From Spirochaetia bacterium (lineage in GTDB: Bacteria; Spirochaetota; Spirochaetia; CADAEX01): a DNA stretch of 64,000 nucleotides. Where the stretch lies: assembly GCA_963662795.1 (NCBI GenBank), contig OY759746.1, positions 3,520,001-3,584,000 on the forward strand, written 5' to 3'. The position numbers were made by a program, and so were the translations under genes. This document shows, one piece after another, positions 1 through 8,230 of the stretch (its first letter is position 1; the number at the start of each line of letters is the position of its first letter). Under the pieces are notes generated by a model. That model worked only from the letters and a program-made list of their open reading frames with translations. It did no database searches and was not told the DNA's origin.

Positions 1-136
1 CATCTGAAAAAGTTTGTGCAAAAGCTGCCGGAATGGTCTGAAACAATAATATCAGCAATGATATACGGATTAAATTCCGGATATATGTCTGTGAAAGATT
101 ATTTTTACAGGAAATCTTCTGGTTTATCATTATCAT
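1..136 (-). CDS. 5' fragment of an exported protein (runs off the window start)
   Basis: ATG at 136 (or 130) opens MIMINQKISCKNNLSQTYIRNLIRISLLILLFQTIPAAFAQTFSD..., which looks like a signal peptide ending AFA. It overlaps the end of the upstream gene. Confidence 0.45.
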   Translation of the reverse strand, partial: MIMINQKISCKNNLSQTYIRNLIRISLLILLFQTIPAAFAQTFSD

Positions 137-407
137 TTTTTTTATTCTTGAATAATTTTAACTTTTTTTCCTTTTTTGCATCTTTTTTAATTTCGGCAGT
201 TTTCCCGCTTTTTTTCGCAGAAAACAGGACAAAAGGGAAAACTATGACTGCACCTGCAATAAAAGAGAGGGAAATTGTCAAAAAAACCGGAATATCTTTT
301 AAAACAGTAAAACCAAAAGAAATGTCAGAAACATTTTTAATGTTTAAACCTGCAAATACAGCCTGAATAAGTATGATTGCAATTATTAATATCAGTTTTG
401 ATTTCAT
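105..407 (-). CDS. small membrane protein, LapA/DUF1049-like
   Basis: Two hydrophobic segments around an N...ISFGF motif, a Lys-rich tail, and a 1-nt overlap with the miaB stop. Confidence 0.6.
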   Translation of the reverse strand: MKSKLILIIAIILIQAVFAGLNIKNVSDISFGFTVLKDIPVFLTISLSFIAGAVIVFPFVLFSAKKSGKTAEIKKDAKKEKKLKLFKNKKNDNDKPEDFL

Positions 408-1705
408 TACTCTATCAACTCCCCAATAAAAGTATTTCCCTTCAGGGAAATTATTTTAACATTATTGAATTCACCTATTTTATCATGTTTACCGGCAAAT
501 ACAATCATTTCATCTGATTCAGTTCTTCCCAAAAGTTCTTTTTTACTGTTTTTTGAATAATCTTCAGCCAGAACTTTAACAGTTTGTCCCAATTTGTTTT
601 TCCTCAGTTCCAATGAGATTTTTTTCTGCAGTTCAATAATTCCGGACAGTCTCTCCAGTTTTACTTCCATTTCAATTTCATTGGGGAAATTATACGCCTG
701 TGTCCCTATCCTGGGATTGTAATAATAGGTAAAAGCATCAGAAAATCTTACTCTTTGCATCATTTCACAGGTCAGTTTAAAATCATCTTCTGATTCACCG
801 GGAAATCCTGTAATTATATCGGTTGTAATTGATACCTCCGGTATAATACTTTTAATATTCTCAACAAGCTCAAGGTAATCTTTTGTATTATAGCGTCTGT
901 TCATCAATGAAAGAATATTGTCAGAACCGCTTTGAAGCGGCAAATGGATGTGGCTGCAGATATTTGCTGATGCTGCAATTGTTTCAATCAGTTTGGGACT
1001 TAAATCTTTAGGATGAGAAGTAAGAAACCGAATCCATTCAATTGATTTTACTCTTGATGATATTTCTGAAATTAAATCAGGAAAATCAATTAATCTGCTG
1101 TTTTCAATATATGTATAGGAATTAACATTTTGCCCAAGAAGGGTTATTTCTTTTGTTTTATTTATTTCAAGAGTTTCAAGTTCCCTGTAAATATCAACAG
1201 GGTTCCTTGAGATTTCACGGCCTCTTACATAAGGGACAATACAATAACTGCAAAAATTATTGCATCCGTTCATTATTGGGATAAATGATTTGAAAGAATC
1301 CTTTCCTGTATGATTCTTTTTGAATTTATAAATTCCGTTTTCATAAGATTTTACAATATTTTTTTCTTCGATAAAATCAGCAATTTTATCCTTGTCAAAA
1401 GTTCCGAAAACTTCATCCACAGGAGATTTTTTTTCTTTAAGCTGATCCCCAAGTCTTTCTGCCATACAGCCTGTTATGATAAGCTTCTGATCAGGATTGT
1501 CTTTTTTTATCTTTTTAAAAAAACCAATTCTTCCCCATATCCTGTCTTCCGCAGTTTTTCTGACTGAACAGGTATTTATTATTACAAGCGATGCGTTTTC
1601 AGGAACACGGGCTTCTCTCCATCCGTTTCCAATAAGTTCAAGTTCAAGTGCATCAGATTCAGCTTTATTCATCTGACAGCCGTAAGTTTCAATCCAGTAT
1701 TTCAT
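407..1705 (-). CDS. miaB: tRNA-i6A37 methylthiotransferase MiaB
   Basis: TYGCQMN, INTCSVR, GCMAER, radical-SAM GCNNFCSYC, and a C-terminal TRAM domain. Confidence 0.95.
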   Translation of the reverse strand: MKYWIETYGCQMNKAESDALELELIGNGWREARVPENASLVIINTCSVRKTAEDRIWGRIGFFKKIKKDNPDQKLIITGCMAERLGDQLKEKKSPVDEVFGTFDKDKIADFIEEKNIVKSYENGIYKFKKNHTGKDSFKSFIPIMNGCNNFCSYCIVPYVRGREISRNPVDIYRELETLEINKTKEITLLGQNVNSYTYIENSRLIDFPDLISEISSRVKSIEWIRFLTSHPKDLSPKLIETIAASANICSHIHLPLQSGSDNILSLMNRRYNTKDYLELVENIKSIIPEVSITTDIITGFPGESEDDFKLTCEMMQRVRFSDAFTYYYNPRIGTQAYNFPNEIEMEVKLERLSGIIELQKKISLELRKNKLGQTVKVLAEDYSKNSKKELLGRTESDEMIVFAGKHDKIGEFNNVKIISLKGNTFIGELIE

Positions 1706-2543
1706 TTTTTATGCTGCTACCTCTTAACTTTTCATCAATATACGATCTGATAACTGACCAGTTATTCTCTTTCGGGATGAGAATCCAGGCACCAAGATCA
1801 AAGTTTTCATCAACATCTTCTTCAGTCAATCCAAGGTATAACAGGTTGGAATAAGTCTGTTCAAGGACATTTTGAGTCGATATTACCGTCTTGGTGATTT
1901 TTTTTATATTTTTAACATCATTTATTATATTTAATGCTTCAGGTATAGTCATGTCTGTATCAAGATACAAAATAACTGTTTTCAGAATATCATATATCTG
2001 ATTGATATTTTTCACAGACAATCCGGATATTTTTTTCATTAATGATTCAATTATTTTCTGCTGACGCTCATCCCGTGAAAATACCGGTGTAAAATGACGC
2101 GCTCTTGCAATTCTCAGGGTTTCAATGCCGTTAAAATGATAATTACCTTTTTTATAGTATAAAGTCGACCACACACCATTATTCCTTACTTTATAGGTAG
2201 GATCTACAAGATCTTCTTCAAGGGTAATATCAATACCCCCCACAATGTTTACAACATCTATAAAGGCATACATATCGACAATTACATATCTTTCTATATC
2301 AAGCCCCGTAATATCTCCAATTATTTCAGCGAAACGCTTTCCGCCAAAAGTTTGATAATAATTGTTGATTTTTCTACCCCGGTAAAACATGTCCCTGGGA
2401 ATGCTTATAAGGTTTAATGTCTGACGCGAATAGTCTATTGTTGCAGCAATAATTGTATCTGCGTTTCTTTCATGAGTACCGCAGATAAGAAAGCTTGAAT
2501 AATTGTTTTTGGAAAAATCGGTAAAAAGAGAATTATTCAGATT
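1689..2543 (-). CDS. LCP (LytR-CpsA-Psr) domain; C-terminal part of a frameshifted gene
   Basis: The frame of ORF 1689..2390 stays open upstream of its ATG and encodes the missing LCP N-terminus (SFLICGTHERNADTIIAATID...LISIPRDMFY). It continues with F.DVVN.VGGI, IARARH and RDERQQ. There is no ATG before this motif in frame. Confidence 0.85.
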   Translation of the reverse strand, partial: NLNNSLFTDFSKNNYSSFLICGTHERNADTIIAATIDYSRQTLNLISIPRDMFYRGRKINNYYQTFGGKRFAEIIGDITGLDIERYVIVDMYAFIDVVNIVGGIDITLEEDLVDPTYKVRNNGVWSTLYYKKGNYHFNGIETLRIARARHFTPVFSRDERQQKIIESLMKKISGLSVKNINQIYDILKTVILYLDTDMTIPEALNIINDVKNIKKITKTVISTQNVLEQTYSNLLYLGLTEEDVDENFDLGAWILIPKENNWSVIRSYIDEKLRGSSIKNEILD

Positions 2544-3721
2544 TTTTTTTTTGAAACCGCATCTGTTGTAATGCTGCTTATTCCGAACGATTTGATTGAG
2601 GAAACCGGTACTTCATCAAAATCAGTCAGATATATGGTGCCGGAAATTTTATGGATTGCAAAAGAGCCTATAAGTACTGTCCGGTCTTCAAGTTTTCGGA
2701 TATCAAAATATTGATAATCAGCGTCTTCTCGCGGGTCTTCTGCTATGTAAAACCCTTTGTCTTCAAGATATGCCTTGAATGACGGATCATTTATCATTCT
2801 GCTTATATCGTCAAAAGATTTTTTTACCATTTTTTCTTCATCGGTTTTTATGTCAATAACATCTTTAATATTTCTTATTGCAATTTTAAAATCCTCTGTA
2901 TTATCAAAAGCAATATCATTCAGTACAATTTTTTTATTTTTATAAGAATATGATACTTCACCGACAGTCTGCCCCGTCTCCCTGTTTAAATTGTATAATT
3001 TAATTATTAAATCTTCATCATTTTCGACTGGAGTAGAAGGAACCGCATAAATCTTATCTTTTGATAATATTTTTTTTATTTCAGTAGATTCGATAAAAGC
3101 CCTGGTTTTTGCTTTAACAGATAAAGATTCTGCAAATGAAGTTTCAATCTCATTAAAAGACAGTTTAATAAAATCCTTGAAACTTTTTTCAATTCCTGCA
3201 TCAATATATTTTTCAAAGGGGAAAGAAGATATTTTTATCTGGTCCGAACTGCTGTCAATTGTCAGTTTATAGTAAGCTTCGCCGTTTTTCTTCAAATAAA
3301 AAGTGACATCATCAGAGATGCTGTCCTGATCAATAATCAGGTTATAGCTATCGAGATACCCTTTCATTGAATCCAGATATTTTTTCAGTGTATTCGTGAG
3401 GTTTTGTTTTTTGTAATCTGAATAAAGTTTTTCAAAAGCGCTGTAGTATGCCTCATATCCGTAAGCCCTGTCATTAAGCTCGTTTTTGTTTTCAGTACCA
3501 GTATTCAATTCAGAAACAAAGGCTGGAGGAAATCCAAGAACTTCTCTTAACAAGTTTATTTCATCAGATGTTTTTATCAGCGTATTTCTTATATCTTCAT
3601 TTCCTGTTATGTGTTTTTCAAGCTTCCCTGTTTTATTAATAACAATAAATAACAAGGTGAAATTGAGCAGAGCGAGAAAAATAAGAAGTATTATTATATA
3701 GGATTTTCTTATAAAAAACAC
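2537..3721 (-). CDS. membrane-anchored protein; N-terminal part of the frameshifted LCP gene
   Basis: Probable GTG start at 3721, just after the purH stop. One N-terminal TM helix. Ends VSKKKI* immediately after an A11 run. Confidence 0.75.
   Translation of the reverse strand: MFFIRKSYIIILLIFLALLNFTLLFIVINKTGKLEKHITGNEDIRNTLIKTSDEINLLREVLGFPPAFVSELNTGTENKNELNDRAYGYEAYYSAFEKLYSDYKKQNLTNTLKKYLDSMKGYLDSYNLIIDQDSISDDVTFYLKKNGEAYYKLTIDSSSDQIKISSFPFEKYIDAGIEKSFKDFIKLSFNEIETSFAESLSVKAKTRAFIESTEIKKILSKDKIYAVPSTPVENDEDLIIKLYNLNRETGQTVGEVSYSYKNKKIVLNDIAFDNTEDFKIAIRNIKDVIDIKTDEEKMVKKSFDDISRMINDPSFKAYLEDKGFYIAEDPREDADYQYFDIRKLEDRTVLIGSFAIHKISGTIYLTDFDEVPVSSIKSFGISSITTDAVSKKKI
2542..2552 (-). repeat. A11 homopolymer at the frameshift junction
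   Basis: T11 on the + strand. One extra A would join 3721..1689 into a single ORF of about 677 aa. Confidence 0.9.
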
Positions 3722-3722
3722 T

Positions 3723-4982
3723 TTAATGTCTGAAGCTCCTCTGTCCTGTAAAAACCATTGCAGCATTTTTTTCATTGCATGCTTCAATTACTTCAAAGTC
3801 CCTCAGCGATCCGCCCGGCTGTACAACAGCGGTGATTCCTTCATTAAGACCAACATCAACCCCGTCCCGGAACGGGAAAAAAGCATCTGAGACCATTACG
3901 CTTCCTTTAAGCCCTCCGTTTACAGCTGCTGTCTCTGCAATTATCTCTTCTCTTTTAACCCTGTCTTCAAGAAGATTCCAGGGGGTACTGTACTTTTTCC
4001 AGGAAAGTCTGTCCCAGGTTTTTCTGTATGCTTTGTCACGGGCAATCTCGGCGACTCCGACGCGGTCCTGTTCACCTGTACCGATACCAACCGTTGCTCC
4101 GTCTTTAACATATATAACAGAATTGCTGGTTATTCCGCTTTCAACAAGCCAGCCGAACAGAAGATCATCATATTCTTTTTCTGTAGGTGCTCTCAGTATT
4201 TTATATTCCCTGTTTTTCCAGGTACAGTTTGCCGGAAGAAAATCTTCTTTTCTTCTTGTCAAAGGCATATATGAGAGCTGGGTAATCAATGAACCGTCAA
4301 TTAATGATTTAAAATCAATAACACGTTCACCTGCAAAATTATGTAATTTTTCGATATTTTTAATTTCCATTACCCTTATATTCTTTTTACCCTTTAATAC
4401 ATCAATAACCCCTTCTTCATAAGCGGGGGCAGCAACAACCTCGAAATAACTTTCAGTCAAAAGCAATACAGTTTCCATATCAAGCGGCCTGTTTAATACA
4501 ATAGCACCGCCGAAAGCGGCAACCCTGTCGGCCATTAGCGCTTTTGTAAAAGCTTCTGCATTTGAATCGCCTTTTGCTGCACCGCAGGGATTATTGTGCT
4601 TTACAACTACACAGCAGGGAGAATCGTGAAAATATCTTAATATGTTAAGAGCATTGTCAACATCAGTGATATTTGTCTTTCCTGGATGTTTTCCGGACTG
4701 CAGCAGTTTGATGTCTGAAACCAGATATTTACCAGGCAGGATTGTCGATACTTCACCTATAGTTATATTTCCATTTACCAGTTTATAAAATGATGCCTCC
4801 TGACAGGGATTTTCCCCGTATCTTAAGCCTTTTTTTTCATTATCAATGGTCCATTCTATTTTTTCATATAACATAGATTGTCTGTCATTGTTATCATCAT
4901 AAAAAGATATTTCCATTTTTGACGGGAATCTGTCCTTGTGCAGTGTATGGTATATTTTCTTGATGTCTTCTTTTCCCATCAT
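3723..4982 (-). CDS. purH: AICAR transformylase half of PurH
   Basis: LRYGENP.Q, VKHNNPCG, AFGG, SDAFFPFRDG, QPGGSLRD and the FTGQRSFRH terminus. No IMP cyclohydrolase domain. Confidence 0.9.
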   Translation of the reverse strand: MMGKEDIKKIYHTLHKDRFPSKMEISFYDDNNDRQSMLYEKIEWTIDNEKKGLRYGENPCQEASFYKLVNGNITIGEVSTILPGKYLVSDIKLLQSGKHPGKTNITDVDNALNILRYFHDSPCCVVVKHNNPCGAAKGDSNAEAFTKALMADRVAAFGGAIVLNRPLDMETVLLLTESYFEVVAAPAYEEGVIDVLKGKKNIRVMEIKNIEKLHNFAGERVIDFKSLIDGSLITQLSYMPLTRRKEDFLPANCTWKNREYKILRAPTEKEYDDLLFGWLVESGITSNSVIYVKDGATVGIGTGEQDRVGVAEIARDKAYRKTWDRLSWKKYSTPWNLLEDRVKREEIIAETAAVNGGLKGSVMVSDAFFPFRDGVDVGLNEGITAVVQPGGSLRDFEVIEACNEKNAAMVFTGQRSFRH

Positions 4983-5034
4983 TTACTCCGTATTTTTATT
5001 GCAAATCGAATAATCGGTTTTTATTACAAGCAGA

Positions 5035-5721
5035 TTAATGAATTTCATAGCATTTTTCAACATCGCTGATATCAAGCTGCAGTAAATATTCAGAAATTGT
5101 TTTATCATAAAAAGCTGTATGCTTAAAAGTTTTTTGAGCCATAATGAATCGGGTTTTTAAAGATATTTTACCGCCGCTTTTCTCCATTTCATCAGAGAGA
5201 TTGCTGTAAAGAGAAGGATCGCATACAGAGACAACCCTGTGAAAATTTTTGGCGGAAGCGCGCAGCATACAGGGTCCTCCAATATCAATATTGGCTCTGG
5301 CTTCTTCGGTGGTTGCTGTTTTTAAACTTATGGTTCTGCTGAAAGGATATAAATTGACAATTATCATGTCAAATTCGACCGAATTTATCCTTTCAAGATC
5401 TTTTTTATGTTCCATATTGTATTTTTCACTTAAAATTCCGGTATATATCCTGAAATCAAGGGTTTTAACAAGTCCTCCCTGCATTTCCGGTTGTTTTGTA
5501 TAATCTGATATCTGAATCAGATTATACCCTTCTTTTATCCCGGGAATATCTGAAAGATATTTATAGGTTCCGCCTGTTGAGTAAAAAATTATAGAAGGAT
5601 TTACTAAAATCATTTTTTTTACAAAAACATCAAGTCCGGTTTTATCAGATACACTAACCAGAATATTGCGGACAGCAACACTGTTGTCAATTTCCTTAAC
5701 TATATTTAAAGCCATTTCCAT
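5035..5721 (-). CDS. IMP cyclohydrolase (MGS-like) half of PurH
   Basis: SVSDKTG, STGGT, GGLVKTL, VNLYPF, NIDIGGP and RASAKN. Confidence 0.9.
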   Translation of the reverse strand: MEMALNIVKEIDNSVAVRNILVSVSDKTGLDVFVKKMILVNPSIIFYSTGGTYKYLSDIPGIKEGYNLIQISDYTKQPEMQGGLVKTLDFRIYTGILSEKYNMEHKKDLERINSVEFDMIIVNLYPFSRTISLKTATTEEARANIDIGGPCMLRASAKNFHRVVSVCDPSLYSNLSDEMEKSGGKISLKTRFIMAQKTFKHTAFYDKTISEYLLQLDISDVEKCYEIH

Positions 5722-5825
5722 TCCTTCCCAAATAATTCAATGAACATTATATTAAATCAAAACTCAAATCAAGTTAATCAGCGTGACAATCATGTGATAA
5801 ATATAGTTTCATTATAAGCAGTTAC

Positions 5826-5854
5826 TTGATAAAAGGTTTTTCAGGTGATATCCT
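5826..5854 (+). promoter_or_regulatory. sigma70-type promoter for 5881..7592
   Basis: TTGATA-17nt-TATCCT with an extended -10 TG. Confidence 0.5.
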
Positions 5855-5880
5855 TTGGAAAAATATTCTGGAGAAATTAA

Positions 5881-6504
5881 TTGAAAATTAAAAAATATTC
5901 AATCGTTATAATAATATTATTGTTGATTTTTTCTTTTGCTGATCTTTGGGCGCAGGAAGGGGAACAGCCTGCTGATGAAGAAAACTTTGAATATGTTTAT
6001 GGACTCGGTGACCAGATTTTTACGATAAAAGCCGGTCTTATATTTCCACTGTATTTGATGTCTCCCGATTTTAATTTCGCATCAACCAATCTTTCAATGG
6101 GCGGAGCAGGCTCTCTTGAATGGAGCGCATTTATAAACAGCCGCCTTGCTCTGGGCGGGGAGTTCGGCGGAATGTTCGCATTCAGCCCTAATGACAGGGT
6201 TTTATACATGATGCCGCTTACTTTCAAGGTCAGCTATTTTTATCGGAAATATCCGTTTGAATTTCCGATTTACTGCGGAGCAGGAATATCTTTCAACAGC
6301 ATTGATGACGCATTTCATCTTGATTTTATCTTGAAACCAGGCGCGTCTGTCCTCTGGAATTTCAATTCCGAGTGGGCTTTTGGTTTTAACCTTGTATACT
6401 GGTGGGTACCGCAGATTTATACAGGGAACGGAGATGTTCCGGCAAGCCACACAAGATTCGGCAACTTTCTTGAAACAACAATGTCGGCACTTTTTCATTT
6501 TTAA
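5881..6504 (+). CDS. small outer-membrane beta-barrel protein, TP0733/OmpW-like
   Basis: Signal peptide, GDQ motif, about 8 amphipathic aromatic strands, YWWVPQ, and a C-terminal ALFHF barrel signal. Confidence 0.75.
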   Translation: MKIKKYSIVIIILLLIFSFADLWAQEGEQPADEENFEYVYGLGDQIFTIKAGLIFPLYLMSPDFNFASTNLSMGGAGSLEWSAFINSRLALGGEFGGMFAFSPNDRVLYMMPLTFKVSYFYRKYPFEFPIYCGAGISFNSIDDAFHLDFILKPGASVLWNFNSEWAFGFNLVYWWVPQIYTGNGDVPASHTRFGNFLETTMSALFHF

Positions 6505-6515
6505 CAGGGGAATTT

Positions 6516-7592
6516 ATGAAAATTAAATATATTTTATTATTTTTTGCAGCAGCACTTTTTTATTCCTGTAACCAGAGCGATGTCGGTATATTTTACGGAC
6601 TTGAAAACGAAGTTAAAATTACGGACAATTCGCTTTCCAATAATCTTACTATCGGAAGCATGGCAAAAAACGGGACAGAACTCTATATTGCTACAGGCCG
6701 GGTTTATACAAAAACATCAGGGTCATCCGAAGACTGGAGGAAAGTAGAAATCCCGTCGGGATATGATCTTTCAACCAGCCTTGCCGTCAACACCACAGAT
6801 TCAAATATTTATGCGATTTTTTTTGATACTGATACAGCCAACAAAGCCCTTTTCCGCATGTCAAACGGCGGAAGCTGGACAGAAGTTACCGATCCTGTTT
6901 TCGAAGGCAGTTTTGAGTATGTAAAAAGCGCAAACGGTTTTATTCTCGTTTCAACGCGAATCGATGAAAACAACGCAAGACTTTATTATTCAAACGGAGG
7001 TGCTTTTTCAGAAGTTGCTGTTATAGCAATGACAGGAAGCGAATTTTATGTAATTCACGATGGTACGGATTATTGGGTTTCCAATTCCAGCATACTTTAC
7101 CAGGGTAATAGCCTGGGTGCGATGACGACTGCACTAACGCTAGTTTCAACAGTTGAAATCAAGGGGCTGTCTGAATCATCATCCGGTACGTATATATATC
7201 TTTCATGCTGGGATAGAGACAACAGCGACGGTTACCTAATGGCAACAGACGGGAATAACGGGACACTGGATAAAGAAGGTGAAAATAAAACATATAAGCT
7301 TTTCAATCTGACAACCTTTACGGCGGAGGGGTACGAGTTCCTCCTCTGCGGTACAAACGGGTTGGGCTACCGGCAGATACTTTCTCCATCTTCTTCCGAT
7401 CTTGATCTTGATACACCTGATGATGATGTATTAAGTGAAAACTATTCATCTGCAATTGACCTGAGCAGCTGCTCAGTAATTGATTTTTTTGTAGACGGAG
7501 GCGATGACGGAGACCTGTACGCCCTGACAGCGACAACCGGGCTCTGGAAGAACTCACTTTCAGGAGGATCAAGAGTCTGGTCGATAGAATAA
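6516..7592 (+). CDS. lipoprotein, probable beta-propeller, TP0136-like N-terminus
   Basis: Lipobox LFYSC, then GIF...EVKI...LYIATGRVYTK...WRKV, Trp-terminated beta repeats and Ser/Thr/Asp-rich composition. Confidence 0.65.
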   Translation: MKIKYILLFFAAALFYSCNQSDVGIFYGLENEVKITDNSLSNNLTIGSMAKNGTELYIATGRVYTKTSGSSEDWRKVEIPSGYDLSTSLAVNTTDSNIYAIFFDTDTANKALFRMSNGGSWTEVTDPVFEGSFEYVKSANGFILVSTRIDENNARLYYSNGGAFSEVAVIAMTGSEFYVIHDGTDYWVSNSSILYQGNSLGAMTTALTLVSTVEIKGLSESSSGTYIYLSCWDRDNSDGYLMATDGNNGTLDKEGENKTYKLFNLTTFTAEGYEFLLCGTNGLGYRQILSPSSSDLDLDTPDDDVLSENYSSAIDLSSCSVIDFFVDGGDDGDLYALTATTGLWKNSLSGGSRVWSIE

Positions 7593-7618
7593 ACAGCTGT
7601 TTCTGCGTTATTTTATTA

Positions 7619-8230
7619 TCAGAAGTTTTTTTCAAGAAATGAAAGAGCTTCCTTGAGTTCAGGATCTTCCCTGTAATAGTATGTTTCAAGCTCATCAGGT
7701 GTAAGCCCCTGGAGTTCATGACTCATGTAATGGATCCAGATATCCTGATCCTTGTTTTCAATAATATGTTTTCTGCAGTAATAATCCGGATGTATCGGCA
7801 GATTTTCTGAAGAAGAAGTAAATGCTTTATAATCGTGTACCGCGATTTTAATATCTTCCCTCTTAATCCCTTCAGAAAGAATTATATTAACAAGGTAATT
7901 AATAGTTTTGCCTGAATCGAATATATCGTCGATAAACAGTATCTTGTCTCCGCTTCTTAAATATTTAGGATCATATGTCCAGCCGTCTACCTTTACATTG
8001 GAGTTGTCCATAATATCGTTATAAGATCTTGCCACAATTGCTGCATAGAAAACAGGGCGTTTACCTTTTTGAACAATTTTAAAATATTCGCTTATTATAT
8101 TTCCCAGATAAGCTCCGCCCCTTAGAGGGACATAGATAACATCAGGAATAAATCCATCCTGATAGATTTTATGGGCCAGTTTTATTGCATTATTCCTTAC
8201 GACTGTATAGGGTAAAAATATTTTGTTCAT
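7619..8230 (-). CDS. type I phosphoribosyltransferase (purine salvage-like)
   Basis: PLRGG and the PRPP-binding motif ILFIDDIFDSGKT. Confidence 0.85.
   Translation of the reverse strand: MNKIFLPYTVVRNNAIKLAHKIYQDGFIPDVIYVPLRGGAYLGNIISEYFKIVQKGKRPVFYAAIVARSYNDIMDNSNVKVDGWTYDPKYLRSGDKILFIDDIFDSGKTINYLVNIILSEGIKREDIKIAVHDYKAFTSSSENLPIHPDYYCRKHIIENKDQDIWIHYMSHELQGLTPDELETYYYREDPELKEALSFLEKNF

Noticed and set aside
16-366. 116-aa + strand ORF
   Set aside because: Antisense to the LapA-like gene and the partial exported-protein gene.
3775-4422. 215-aa antisense ORF over purH, and similar short antisense ORFs throughout the window
   Set aside because: Fully nested opposite conserved genes, with no recognisable domains.
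5011-5038. TTAA-16nt-ACCGATTA (minus strand) between the purH halves as an internal sigma28 promoter
   Set aside because: Two mismatches in the -10 box, and the -35 coincides with a stop codon; too weak without TSS data.
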